Counted from the first letter of the whole stretch, positions 15,278 to 27,291 are shown. The stretch: 61,578 nucleotides of DNA, filler included, from Squatina squatina (GCA_031763465.1; 4 parts of 4 records of this genome joined end to end with filler, not necessarily neighbours in it); one strand, 5' to 3'. The notes: a model not told the origin generated them from the sequence alone. Numbers and translations are program-made.

Positions 15278-15484
15278 CTGTGGAGAGAGGGTCATGCCTT
15301 GGGACAGTGAATGTCGGGGTACTGACACTGTTAGACGTGCTGACTGTGCTGGCTTTATATTAACAGCAGGTGAAAGGATCCCAGCTCCCGCCCAGAGTTA
15401 GTGAATCCGCTGCTGGTGCTGTACTCCTGAGGTACTCAAACCCCAGTCACAGCCTGTCTGACCTCTGTGACCTTGTCCTTTCAG

Positions 15485-15619
15485 ATACCAAGGATGTGCT
15501 GGTGATGTTAAGTGACATGGACATTAATGCCATCGCCGGAACACTCAAGCTGTATTTTCGAGAGTTACCGGAACCGCTTCTAACCGACAGACTCTATCCA
15601 GCCTTTGTGGAAGGGATTG
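15485..15619 (+). CDS. ABR: ABR RhoGAP-domain exon (135 bp)
   Basis: cctttcag/GTGAGT boundaries; [44 protein letters not shown]; [10 protein letters not shown] distinguishes ABR from BCR. Confidence 0.92.
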
Positions 15620-15699
15620 GTGAGTAAAGACGGCACACATCACCAGGGCAACACCAACACCTCGTCACCATCACCCACTCCAAACAGGTCAATAAATTT

Positions 15700-16042
15700 A
15701 ACGGAACAAAAGAAATTGCATTTCTACAGCACCTTTCACAATCGGTATGTCCCAAAGTGCTTCACAGCCAATGCAATACTCTTGATGTGCAGTTGCTGTT
15801 CTCAGGAGGGAAACGCAGAAGACAATTTGCGCACAGAAAAATCCCACAAACAGCAATGTGATAATGAGCGGATATAAATACAAGTTGTAAGATAATCTGT
15901 TTTAATTATGTTGGTTGAGGGATAAATATTGGCCAGGGCAACGGGGAGAACTCCGCTGCTCTTCATCGAAATAGTGGTGGTCGGTCTTTTACATCCACCT
16001 GAGAGGGCCTCGTTCTAACGGCTCATCTGAAAGATGGCAGCA
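15700..16042 (-). mobile_element. Deu-domain SINE, 3' portion running into a 33-bp array
   Basis: tcttttacatccacctgagaggg and cttcacagccaatg are reverse complements of the SINE core and tail. Confidence 0.75.
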
Positions 16043-16172
16043 CCGACAGTGCGGCGCTCCCTCAGTACTGCCCCTCCGACAGTGCGGCGCTCCCTCAGTA
16101 CTGCCCCTCCCTCAGTACTGCCCCTCCGACAGTGCGGCGCTCCCTCAGTACTGCCCCTCCGACAGTGCGGCG
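16043..16172 (-). repeat. 33-bp SINE-internal minisatellite
   Basis: Unit CCGACAGTGCGGCGCTCCCTCAGTACTGCCCCT, one truncated unit, ends at a gap. Confidence 0.9.
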
Positions 16173-16272
16173 NNNNNNNNNNNNNNNNNNNNNNNNNNNN
16201 NNNNNNNNNNNNNNNNNNNNNNNNNNNNNNNNNNNNNNNNNNNNNNNNNNNNNNNNNNNNNNNNNNNNNNNN

Positions 16273-16737
16273 ATACATGTGGAAACTGACGCTGTGTTTT
16301 CGGATGATATCGCCAATGGGCAACATGCAGTTGAGAAATAGGAGGGGGCCAAGGATAGATTCTTGGGGGACAATGCGGGGGCAAGAAGAGAAGCTGTAGC
16401 AGGTGATTCTCTGGCTATTAGATAGATAAGAAAGGAACCAGGTGTGTGCAGTCCCACCCAGCTGGACGATGGTGGAGAGGGTTTGAAGAAGGATAGAGTG
16501 GTCAACCGTGTCAAAGGCTACAGACAAGTCAAGAAGGACGAGAAGGGATAATTAACCTTTGTCGCAGTCACAAAGGATGTCATTTGTAACTTTGATGAGA
16601 GCTGTTTCGGTACTGTGGCAGGTGCGGAAACCGGATTGGAGGAATTCAAACATGGAATTGCAGGAAAGATGGGCAAGGATTTGGGAGGTGACGACACATT
16701 CAGGGACTTTGGAAAGGAAAGGGAGGTTGGCGATGGA
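16273..16737 (-). mobile_element. L2-type LINE reverse transcriptase fragment
   Basis: QSGFRTCHSTETALIKVTNDIL...AFDTVDHSILL...VPQESILGPLLFL...FHMY. Confidence 0.85.
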
Positions 16738-17278
16738 TCTTGTTAAACCCGGCCTTCTTTTCACAGCTGTTCCCCACCATACCTGTCTTCTCCAGCTGGG
16801 AATGTGCTGGAAAGAAGCCTCTGATGATGACAATGTCTTGTCTTCCTTGGCAAGGCATTTTTCTAATGATTTTTTTTCTGGTTAATTTATCTTCCTCTCT
16901 CCGAAGGCGCTGACTCCTTGACACAATACACATCCACACCTGCTGCTTGCCCTCAGGTTGTTTTCGCGCACATGGTCATTGTTTACACTGTCTTTGACAG
17001 TGGATTTCAGCAGGCCCCACATGTTGCATCACATCCATATCCATTTGGCAGTTCCAGCAAAGGTAGGCAGACAGCGAGAACTACACAGGATTGCATAGAA
17101 TTTACAGCACACGGTGTTTATGACTCCACATGAGTCTCCTCACCCTCTATTTACTTCACCTCACCCTATGCTTTCATGNNNNNNNNNNNNNNNNNNNNNN
17201 NNNNNNNNNNNNNNNNNNNNNNNNNNNNNNNNNNNNNNNNNNNNNNNNNNNNNNNNNNNNNNNNNNNNNNNNNNNNNN

Positions 17279-18211
17279 AGAAACACAGGGCAGTCCCACA
17301 TAGTGGGAAACAGGACAGTCCCACACAGTGAGAAACACAGGACAGTCCCACATGGTGAGAAACACAGGACAGTCCTACACAGGGTGAGCAACACAGGACA
17401 TTCCCACATAGTGGGAAAAGCAGAACAGTCCCAAACACTGAGAAACACAGGACAGTCCCACACAGTGCGAGAAACACAGGACAGTCTCAGACAGTGCGAA
17501 ACACAGGACAGTCCCACACAGTGAGAAACAGAGGACAGTCCCGCACAGTGAGAAACAGAGGACAATCCCACACAGTGAGAAACAGAGGACATTCCCACGC
17601 AGGGTGAGAAGTACAGGACAGTCCCACGCAGTGAGAAACACAGGACAGTCACGCACAGTGAGAAACACGGTACAGTCTCACATATTGAGAAACATAGGGC
17701 AGTCCCACACAGTGAGAAACACAGGACACTCCCACTGTGAGAAATATAGGACAGACCCACACAGTGAGATAGACAGGACAGTCCTGCACAGGGTGAGTGA
17801 CACAGGACATTCCCACATCGTGGGAAACACAGGACAGTCTCACACAGGGTGAGAAATACAGGACAGTCCCACACAGTGAGAAACACAGGACAGTCCCACT
17901 GTGAGAAATATAGGACAGACCCACAAAGTGAGATACACAGGACAGACCCGCACAGGGTGAGCGACACAGGACATTCCCACAGAGTGGGAAACACAGGAGA
18001 GTCCCGCACAGTGAGAAACACAGGACTGTCCCACACAGGGTGAGAAATACAGGACAGTCCCACACAGGGTGAGAAATACAGGACAGTCCTGCACAGTGAG
18101 AAACAGAAGACAGTCCTATACAGTGAGAAACACAGGACAGTCCCGCACACGGTGAGAAGAGGAGAGTCTCACACAGTGAGAAACACAGAACAGTCCCACA
18201 TAGTGAGAAAT
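17279..18211 (+). repeat. 25-29 bp satellite array (GTGAGAAACACAGGACAGTCCCACACA)
   Basis: About 33 diverged tandem units filling a whole contig. Confidence 0.95.
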
Positions 18212-18311
18212 NNNNNNNNNNNNNNNNNNNNNNNNNNNNNNNNNNNNNNNNNNNNNNNNNNNNNNNNNNNNNNNNNNNNNNNNNNNNNNNNNNNNNNNNN
18301 NNNNNNNNNNN

Positions 18312-18482
18312 TTATACTCCATTTGCCAACTTTTTGCCCACTCACCTAACCTATCAATATCTCTCTGTAAAATGTTTGTATCCTCCTCACAACTTGCCTT
18401 CCCACCTATTTTTATGTCGTCTGCAAATTTAGCTACAGTGCATTCGCTTTCTTCCTCCAAGTCATTAATGTATATTGTAAAC
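18312..18482 (-). mobile_element. CR1 LINE reverse transcriptase fragment
   Basis: [28 protein letters not shown]...LQRDIDRLGEWAKSWQMEY. Confidence 0.88.
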
Positions 18483-18879
18483 AGGTACCCAATGTTGTCA
18501 GCAAGCACTCCCTGCTCAGATATAGCCAATTGCAGTGATATTCCTCTACTCTGCCCAACAATATACCTCAGTCCCAACCTTAGAGCACCCCCCTGACTGC
18601 CCACACCAGCCATCCTACAGCCTCTCAGAATGAGTGCCAATTGGTGCTATGTTGGGGCAGTTTTGTGCGGCAGGCTAAGAGCTGGACTGAGAATGCCCCA
18701 AACTTAATTCACATTAGACCTTTGCAGCCTGCCTGGGCTGGATTGGAACTGGGGTTGCAGATGTGAAAGGCATACTGTCTAACTGGCTGCCCCATCTAGA
18801 TCCCTTGAAGAATGTCTGTACTTATACATATTAGAATCGAGTGGGGCATCCATTAAGCTTCTAAGTTAATCACCCTGGT

Positions 18880-19190
18880 AGCTTTGGTACTGGCCCATAC
18901 AGACCTTGGTAAGTTCATGTAACCAATCTCAGTCAGGGCAACAGGGACTTTAAATTAATGGCAGCACCCCTGAGCTAGGGGGAGGATATTTTCCCCCTCG
19001 TGGTCACGATGTGATGACCTGCAGGATAGTACAGGTGCGGATTGGGATTGGCTACGATGTTCTCCACAGTCTGATAGCCTCCTCATTCAGTGTCGAGGCT
19101 TATATATGAGGAATGGGCACTTGGGTGAGGTATTGGAGGGCGGCAGCACCTGTGGAACTGTCCCCCAGCAAGGGCTGGTGCTTACAGGAC
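18880..19190 (+). mobile_element. Old SINE fragment (AmnSINE2-like; tentative)
   Basis: Similar to 6530-6790; gaatgggcacttgggtgaggta...cacctgtggaactgt. Confidence 0.45.
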
Positions 19191-19305
19191 TGACAGCAAG
19201 AAAACTGGCAAAAGCAAAGCCTTCCAGCTGAAACTGGTGTTGTGTGGTTGGTTTGTACTGGTAATGTGGATCTGTGTTTAAAATGTTGCACCGTTTAACC
19301 CCCAG

Positions 19306-19442
19306 CTTTGCCGTTTATAGCCAGAGACACGTTGCGTGCCTGGCAGGAGAAGAACCATCCCTGGTTAGAGCTGTCTGACGTACATCGAGAAACGACGGAG
19401 AACATCCGGGTCACAGTTATACCCTTCTACATGGGCATGCGG
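19306..19442 (+). CDS. POLDIP2: POLDIP2 internal exon (137 bp)
   Basis: cccag/GTAAGT boundaries; LPFIARDTLRAWQEKNHPWLELSDVHRETTENIRVTVIPFYMGMR. Confidence 0.93.
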
Positions 19443-21144
19443 GTAAGTGTGTCTGGTCTTCTCGCAGGGCACACCAATGTTGGCACAAATGTTTGGTGAA
19501 ACGCACTAGTAAGTGTAACCATCTCCCATTTTACAGTTGCCAGTTTAACACAACTCCTGTAAATGGATTTGATGTAAACTTGTATAAAGGTGCCGTTACA
19601 CACCAGGCTTTTACTGTAATTGTATTGAATGATCCCAAACTTTTGCTCCATCTAGCTTGGAATAAATCTGGACCTGCTGAATGTGCTGCGAGTACAGTCC
19701 GAGCTATCCAGCAATTGAGATGCTTGTTTAACTGACTGTTTCACAGGCCTGTGCTCGTTTCTCATTCTCATTGACCCTCTTGCATGGCAGTGACTGCTGG
19801 AGCTGTCTTGGAATCATAGAATGAATGATATGAGGCCATTCGGCCCATAGTGCTTGTGCTGGCTCTCTGAAAGTGTCGACATCTCTCTGCCGATTGATCG
19901 TGGTGACTGGTGATGATGTAGAAATATTCTGAATGGAGAATATCTTCTAGAAATGTTTTATTTTGTTAGTTGCAGTCTCCCGGTGAATTTGAGATATATT
20001 TCTTCTTGCATTAAAAGAACAGAACTTGGTGAGGGTGGATTGGGGTACCAATAGGACAACAGCAGAAACTTGCATTTATATAGAACCTGCAAAGTGGAAG
20101 ATGTCCAAGGGCACTTCGCTGAGGAGATAAATAGTGGATCAGAAGCTGAGCCATGGAGGGAGAGGTAGGGAGTGGTGACTGAAAGTAGTCAAAAAGAAAG
20201 GTTTGTAAACATAGAACATAGAAAATACAGCACATAACAGGCCCTTCGGCCCACGATGTTGTGCCGAACCTTTGTCCCAGATCANNNNNNNNNNNNNNNN
20301 NNNNNNNNNNNNNNNNNNNNNNNNNNNNNNNNNNNNNNNNNNNNNNNNNNNNNNNNNNNNNNNNNNNNNNNNNNNNNNNNNNNNTTCATTTATGTAAGAT
20401 TCCCTGAAGTGGGCTAGAGGAACACAATTTTGTAACAGTGCGCAAACAGAAATTGCACTGATTATGTACGTTTAGACTCCAATGGGGGGCAAAGCAGCAC
20501 CTCGACAAGTGTTAACTCTTAGGAAAATTAATGATCTCCTGACACTTGCTGTCTAAACTCATGTGGCCAATTAGGGGAGGTGCCAGTACCGTAAAGCTGT
20601 ACTTCTGCATGGCCATTTGGCCCAACCAGTCCATGCTGTCATTTCACTCGAGCTTCCTCCCTTCTTTCCTCATCTAAATCTATCTGCATAACCCTCTATT
20701 CCCTCCCCCTCATGCTTGTCTAGCCTCCCCTTAAATGCATCTCTATTTGCTTCAACCACTCCCTGTGGTAGTGACTTCCACATTCTCAGAAAGAGATAAT
20801 AAAAATAATTTCAGAATTGCTCTTCAGAACTCTTGAGCATCATAAATATTTGTTGATCACCAAATATTGCTGGTGATGCCATGGCTGCTCCTTTGTGTGC
20901 TTAACACGTAGATGNNNNNNNNNNNNNNNNNNNNNNNNNNNNNNNNNNNNNNNNNNNNNNNNNNNNNNNNNNNNNNNNNNNNNNNNNNNNNNNNNNNNNN
21001 NNNNNNNNNNNNNNTATGTACTGTCTCAGTAGGCCAGTGCTGAAGGGGGCCTTAGGTGACGATGCTTTGGGTGATGTTCTGGGGACGCGCTGAAGCTGAG
21101 TGGACGGTATTGCTGCTGCTTATTGCTGTTTCCACCTTCCGCAG

Positions 21145-21256
21145 GGGCTCGTATACATTCCAAAGGGCAGACACCGGCACCTTCGACGTTTCCATCCCGT
21201 CCTTTTCTCTCGAGAGCAGTACTGAGGACGACGGGCCCTTCGCTTCCCTGGTCTGA
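21145..21256 (+). CDS. POLDIP2: POLDIP2 last coding exon (end of ApaG domain)
   Basis: Acceptor ttccaccttccgcag; GSYTFQRADTGTFDVSIPSFSLESSTEDDGPFASLV* aligns with human GTFRFERPDGSHFDVRIPPFSLES. Confidence 0.75.
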
Positions 21257-21937
21257 ATATTTGCCTCTTGCACTTGATCGAATAACTAAACACAGTCTGC
21301 ACGCAAGATCCGGCCTCACACCAGAGCAGCAGCGGTTCCGTCTTGAGGAGCAGTGCTGGTGATGTCGGCTAGCACGGAGGCACATCACGTTCCCACACAT
21401 AGGAACACATCATAACAAGTTACACCTTTCAACACAAGCTCACTCACTCCTGGTTCCAGTGTGAGGCTTTATATCTGTGGGGGCTGGGCTTGAGACTCGG
21501 GCTCGAGTGTTGGCGTTGAGGGCAGGGCTGGGGGTTGAGGATGAGTTAGGGTTGAGGACAGGGTCTGGGGTCAAGGGCAGGGCCTGAGTCCGGGGCAGTG
21601 GGTGGCGGTTGAGTTTAGGCTGGGGTTGAGGGTGGGAATTGTCGGCAATGTGGTTGCATTTCTGTTTGTTTGGCATTAAAATGCTCATCTTGGTAACATA
21701 TCTCCAGTCAGACTCCTACAGATTAATTTGATGGTGTTCTTAAGTGCCTGTTCAGTGTGTGGGGCCAATGATATGAAGGGCTGACTGTACCACACTGTCG
21801 CTGTTACAACCTCTTGATAAGGGGCTCTATTTTACCAACTCAGTAATGATGTTCCTACACTCACTGAACTCTGTGTGCCAACTCTCGATCCTGGTGGGAG
21901 CAGTGCTGTGTACTTGCTCACCCCTCACTAGGGTTTT

Positions 21938-21943
21938 AATAAA
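21938..21943 (+). promoter_or_regulatory. Candidate POLDIP2 polyadenylation signal
   Basis: AATAAA about 680 nt after the stop codon. Confidence 0.35.
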
Positions 21944-22130
21944 GTGTAGATAGTGCCTGGGTGGAACAATTATATACCGAACAGTGACTGCATCTGAGGG
22001 TCTGAGAATAGGCGCAACCTTGTTACTGCAAGTTCAGTAATGTTTAACAGTGTGTGACAAACTCCCAGCAGTACAGTTCTACATTCTGCCCTTGGTTTGG
22101 TCCTGGAGACAGCATTTTGAGTTCGAGAAC

Positions 22131-22435
22131 ACGGGTACAGTTCTGGTGGGTACAGGTCTGTCAATGTATAATACTGGGGTACAGTACTGCTGGGGACAGG
22201 TCAGTCACTGTATAACACTGGGGTACAGTACTGGTGGGTACAGTTCTGTCACTGTATAACACAGGTACAGGTCTGTCACTAATACTGGGGTACAGTACTG
22301 GTGGGTACAGGCCTGTCACTAACAATGGGATACAGTACTGGTGGGTACAAGTCTGTCACTGTATAATACTGGGGTACAGTACTGGTGGGTACAGGTCTGT
22401 CCCTGTATAACACTGGGGTACAGTACTGGTGGGTA
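22131..22435 (+). repeat. 44-bp minisatellite (GGGGTACAGTACTGGTGGGTACAGGTCTGTCACTGTATAACACT)
   Basis: About seven tandem units, some shortened; ends at a gap. Confidence 0.92.
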
Positions 22436-22535
22436 NNNNNNNNNNNNNNNNNNNNNNNNNNNNNNNNNNNNNNNNNNNNNNNNNNNNNNNNNNNNNNNNN
22501 NNNNNNNNNNNNNNNNNNNNNNNNNNNNNNNNNNN

Positions 22536-22720
22536 CCTCTCTCTCCTCCTTTAAGACGCTCCTTAAAACCAACCTCTTTAACCAAGCTTTTGGTCACCTG
22601 TCCTGATAGCTCCTTCTGTGGCCCAGTGTCAAATTTTGATTGATAATGTTTTTGTGAAGTGCCTTGGTTTTTTTTTAAACTACAGTAAAGGTGCCATAAA
22701 AACACAAGTTGTAGTTGTTG
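22536..22720 (+). mobile_element. L2-type LINE 3' tail
   Basis: ctcctttaagacgctccttaaaacc...(GTT)n tail; related tails at 46086-46199 (-) and 51960-52170 (+). Confidence 0.7.
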
Positions 22721-24180
22721 TCATCAACTGCTCTTTAACAAAACACTCATGGCCCATCAGTTCTCTAATCGTCATCCCAGCTCCAACCTCCTTGAATGTG
22801 TCACATACTCTAATTCATTCTGTCTCAGGGCTCCAAAACTGTGGAACTCTTTCCCTCCTTCAGTCTTCCTTCCTCCGACAATCCATAAACTTTAAAAGCC
22901 CATCAAATAACGACATCTGGATTTACCTTATCTCCTCTCCTACCCTTGGGTGCCCTGCACGATGGGGCATGAGCCTTTGCTCATGTTTCTCAATTGTGAA
23001 AAGTGAAAGATGTTACAGAACAACCCCTGAATGTAGTGCTTGTGGCGGAGAGAAACTGGGCATTAGGATCAGGGAGTTAGGAGAGGTGAGTAAAACGTTG
23101 GTTCAATAGGTTGGACTTGAGAAGGCATTTAAAGGGGAAAAGAGAAAGCCAGGCAGAGGGCTTCAGTGAGGGAGTGCCCGACAGTAATGAGACAGTTGGA
23201 AACTTTGTCACAAATGGCAGGGCGGAGGGGAGATGAGCAAGAGAAAAGTGTTGGGAGGAACAAAGGGCTTGGGCAGGCACGGGTGGAGAGACCACAGAGG
23301 AAGGAAGAGAAAGGCCAGGAGGATGTGCAAATGAGGGGCATGGATTTCTGAATTCAATGCATTGAGGGATCGAGACCCAGTGTAGAATGGTGAGTCCTGG
23401 GGATTGGGAAGTGGGCAGCAGTGTGTTAGATAAAGTAGAGTTTGCAGAGCTTGGGAGATCAGGAAGAAGGCCATTAGAGATGACCAAAGGGTGGATTAGG
23501 GTTTCAGTGCAAGTGATGTGGGCTAGACATGGACAATATTGTTGAGGTGGAAGTGCTTGTCTCATCCTTGGAACCAGACAGCTGAATGACTGTAAGGCAG
23601 CATTGTAAATACTGTAAGATCTAGCCAGCAGAAACTAAATACAAGATCCAGTCGATATCAGATACAGATATAGCATCAGACAGTGAGATGAGCAATAAAG
23701 ACAAATGATCTGTGGCCTGTCGAGAATGGAGCAGAGTACAGACATGTAGGTGTATCCTGAGGTACTCTGGCAGGTACAGAAAGTGGCACAGATTTGATNN
23801 NNNNNNNNCATCAGTTAATTTCAACATTGCATACTTTACTGCACCTGGCATTACAAGGATCTCATGGCTTGCTTGTCATGTTGGAAGTAAAGTGCTTTTA
23901 CACAGCTGTGTGAGTGCAGGATAGAATATACTGCGGCTTGTAGCTTGGCTGCATTGGATTCCCATTGACAAACATTACATCAGAACTCAAATGACTTTAA
24001 TGTACACCAGACTCTTAATTCCCTCATCATTGACTATCCTCTCAGCACTGGGGCTGAAATTCACTTGCAGCGCAGACTGANNNNNNNNNNNNNNNNNNNN
24101 NNNNNNNNNNNNNNNNNNNNNNNNNNNNNNNNNNNNNNNNNNNNNNNNNNNNNNNNNNNNNNNNNNNNNNNNNNNNNNNN

Positions 24181-24446
24181 CCGACAGTGCGGCGCTCCCT
24201 CAGTACCGCCCCTCCGACAGTGCGGCGCTCCCTCAGTACCGCCCCTCCGACAGTGCACCGCTCCCTCAGTACCGCCCCTCCGACAGTGCACCGCTCCCTC
24301 AGTACCGCCCCTCCGACAGTGCAGAGCTCCCTCAGTGCTGCACTGTAGTGTCAGTCTGGATTTTTGTGCTCAAGTCTCTGGAATGGGCCTTGAACAAACG
24401 ATCTTCTGAGTCAGAGGCGAGAGAGCTGCCCACTGAGCCACGGCTG
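24181..24446 (-). mobile_element. Deu-domain SINE 5' part with internal 33-bp array (24181-24340)
   Basis: Five units of CCGACAGTGC(GG/AC)CGCTCCCTCAGTACCGCCCCT (the last divergent) continuing into the reverse-complement tRNA head ...cactgagccacggctga. Confidence 0.88.
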
Positions 24447-25012
24447 AGAGAAAGTGAATCTGCTTACTGACTCACTGCATGTCACTTTGTGGTGCTGTAC
24501 ATTGGTTTCCTTGACTCTTCTCTCTGCATTCCTCACTTGCCTCTCCCTGGCTCCCCCCGCCCAGCTGTGATGTACTTCAATGTGATGTGGAAATCAGTTG
24601 GTCAGTACAAGTCCCTGCATCCCTCTGGAATAAGGAATGTGTCTCATCCCCTAGGATGTGGTTGAGTGGCTGCATATTTCCAGCACTGAGCACAGCTGAA
24701 CGTATGTGAGGAATTCCAGGAATGCAGAGAGCATGGCTTTGTGGTACAGATCGCGGAATTCAGTTTGGTGCAATGTATTTATTATGTTTATTTCTCTGTT
24801 GGATGAGCTGCCTTAGTGTTCCGCTCCACTCAACTCTCTGTCACTTAGAGTAAATTCTCCCATGACAGGCGTCAAATCACGAGAGAGAGACTAGGTTCCA
24901 ATGTTTATTGTGGAAAGTGCTGACTGTATTTAGCGCTTTCTTTTGTAGCTGGGTCCTGCCCAGAACTCCGGAGTCAGGAGTTCCAAGGTCACTTTTTTAA
25001 TTAGCTGTCAGA

Positions 25013-25315
25013 AAAGCCTTGGCGAGTTGCTGCAATGCATCTTGTAGATGGTACTCACTGCAGCCATGGTGCGCCAGTGGTGGAGGGAGTGAATGTTTGA
25101 GGTGATGGATGGGGTGCCAATCAAATGGGCTGCTTTGTCCTGGATGGTGTCGAGCTTCTTGAGTGGTGTTGGAGCTGCGCTCATCCAGGCAAGTGGAAAC
25201 TATCCAATCACACTCCTGACTTGTGCCTTGTAGATGGTGGAAAGACTTTGGGGAGTCAGGAGGTGAGACACTTGCCGCAGGATACCCAGCCTCTGACCGG
25301 CTCCTTTAGCCACAG
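25013..25315 (-). mobile_element. LINE fragment (CR1 group)
   Basis: Homologous to 34265-34815 (ttccatcacactcctgacttgtgccttgtag). Confidence 0.65.
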
Positions 25316-25879
25316 TTTATGTGTTTATGTGACTTAATTTAAAAGAAAAAATAGCCCGATGTCATTGTTTTTTTTACTAACGAGGTGCTGATAACGAACT
25401 GCAGTTAGTTTCCTTTAGCAGCACCAGCTGAGTTTTATTTCTGATTAGTTATGGGCTTGAGCCTTGGAGTCAGATCAATCATTGAATTATGAATTATCTC
25501 CAGTCTGGAATCCCAGTTATCGACTTGAATCTAGGAGCTAAAATGATGCCGATCCACATTGGAGGACATGCCGGCTGAAGATATCCTTGAGAGATATTTG
25601 TGGAGCTATTCCACTGTTGCAAAATATCGGCATACTTGTCGTTGTAGGGAATGTTTCCACTTAAGGCTTCAGTTCGACTGAGAGATATTAATCAACAAAC
25701 CAATCCTAACGCTTTTATCAACATGCTCCACTTCCCCCTTCCCATCCTCTTTCCACAGATTATGACCATCTCTGCTTCAGCTTCTAACTCTGCAATATAG
25801 CACAGTGAACACTAATCCAATATTGGTCTTCATCAAGTATATTAGAGAGAGTCAGATTATCAATTTGGTTGCTGACCCT

Positions 25880-26165
25880 CCATTGGCAAGAACTAATAAG
25901 AGGTCACAGATTTAAGATAATTGGCAAAAGAACCAGAGGGGAGATGAGTATTTTAACTCAGCAAATTGCTATGATCTGGAATGCACTGCCTGAAAGGATG
26001 GTGGAAGCAGACTCAATAGTAACTTTCAAAAGGAAATTGGATAGAAACTCAAAAGTGAAAACTTTGCAGAGCTATGGAGAAAGAGCAGGAGAGTGGGAAT
26101 AATTGGATAGTTCTTTCAAACAGAATGGTTTGAATGGCCTCCTCTGTAGTGTAAGATTTTATGAT
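25880..26165 (+). mobile_element. CR1 LINE 3' end
   Basis: RGHRFKIIGKRTRG...WNALPERMVEADSIVTFKRKLD. Confidence 0.8.
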
Positions 26166-26599
26166 TTATCCACAAAATAATAGGGTTCAAAGGCATTTAT
26201 AGGCTTTCATAGGAATTAAGCATAAAATGGAAACTTATTAATAATATCATATATACTTGAGACACTTACGGTAAAAGTTACTGGAGAATTCATCGTGTCA
26301 CAGACTTTGAGATTGGCTGGCAAAGCCTTGTTGAATTCTGAGTAATCTGTTCCAACACCCCACTTCATATGTTCTTCTCTCTAGTGCATATTCACATTAT
26401 CAAAGGATTCACTTAATGAATTTCAGTTTAACAAGAAGGCCTCCCCTACACCTTATCAAGGCTTTATCTTTACTGAGTTGTCAATTAATTCATTCAACNN
26501 NNNNNNNNNNNNNNNNNNNNNNNNNNNNNNNNNNNNNNNNNNNNNNNNNNNNNNNNNNNNNNNNNNNNNNNNNNNNNNNNNNNNNNNNNNNNNNNNNNA

Positions 26600-26770
26600 G
26601 ATTATCTGGTCATTATCACATCGCTGTTTCTGGGAGCGTGCTGTGCGCAAATTGGCTGTTGCGTTTCCTGTATTATAACAGTGACGACACTTCAAAAGCA
26701 CTTCATTGGCTGTAAAGCGTTTTGCGACGTGGTGAAAGGTGCGATGTAAATGCAAGTCTGTCTTCCTTTA
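26600..26770 (+). mobile_element. Deu-domain SINE 3' part
   Basis: gattatctggtcattatcacat...cacttcattggctgtaaagcg. Confidence 0.75.
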
Positions 26771-27291
26771 TTATGCAGCCCCTCCCATATTCTGTGCTGC
26801 GACTCGGGGAGGGTTTCTGCTGCAGATGTGGGGGTTACTCCAGCCCTCCTGGCCCCCGGTTTGTGTGAGAAAGTGAGTCACTCTGAGCAGCTGATGGAAG
26901 GAGCAGATAGGACACATTCCGTGGCTGTGAGCGATATGTTGGCTGTGGGCCCAGCTGCACTCCCTCAGCCCAGCCACTCCTTTCAAGTTCAGAAAGTTCA
27001 GGCCTTGATCCCAAATCCCCACCCAGTGAAACACTCGACGTTTGCACGGCTGGATTTATTATTCTCTTTCATGCTCTCTTTTTAAAAAAAAATCCAATGC
27101 ACCCTCTGACACTGAACCAGCAGTAAAGCCCGTGTGTGGCACTGGTTCCCCTGGTTGCTGACATTCGGTTCCTGACCCAGCAGTCCCGGTGNNNNNNNNN
27201 NNNNNNNNNNNNNNNNNNNNNNNNNNNNNNNNNNNNNNNNNNNNNNNNNNNNNNNNNNNNNNNNNNNNNNNNNNNNNNNNNNNNNNNNNNN

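Noticed and set aside
17161-18150. 329-aa Cys-rich ORF and overlapping ORFs
   Set aside because: Translation of the satellite; several frames are open only because the repeat lacks stops
16043-24340. CRISPR-like appearance of the 27-, 33- and 44-bp repeats
   Set aside because: Head-to-tail tandem units with no unique spacers, no cas genes, vertebrate context
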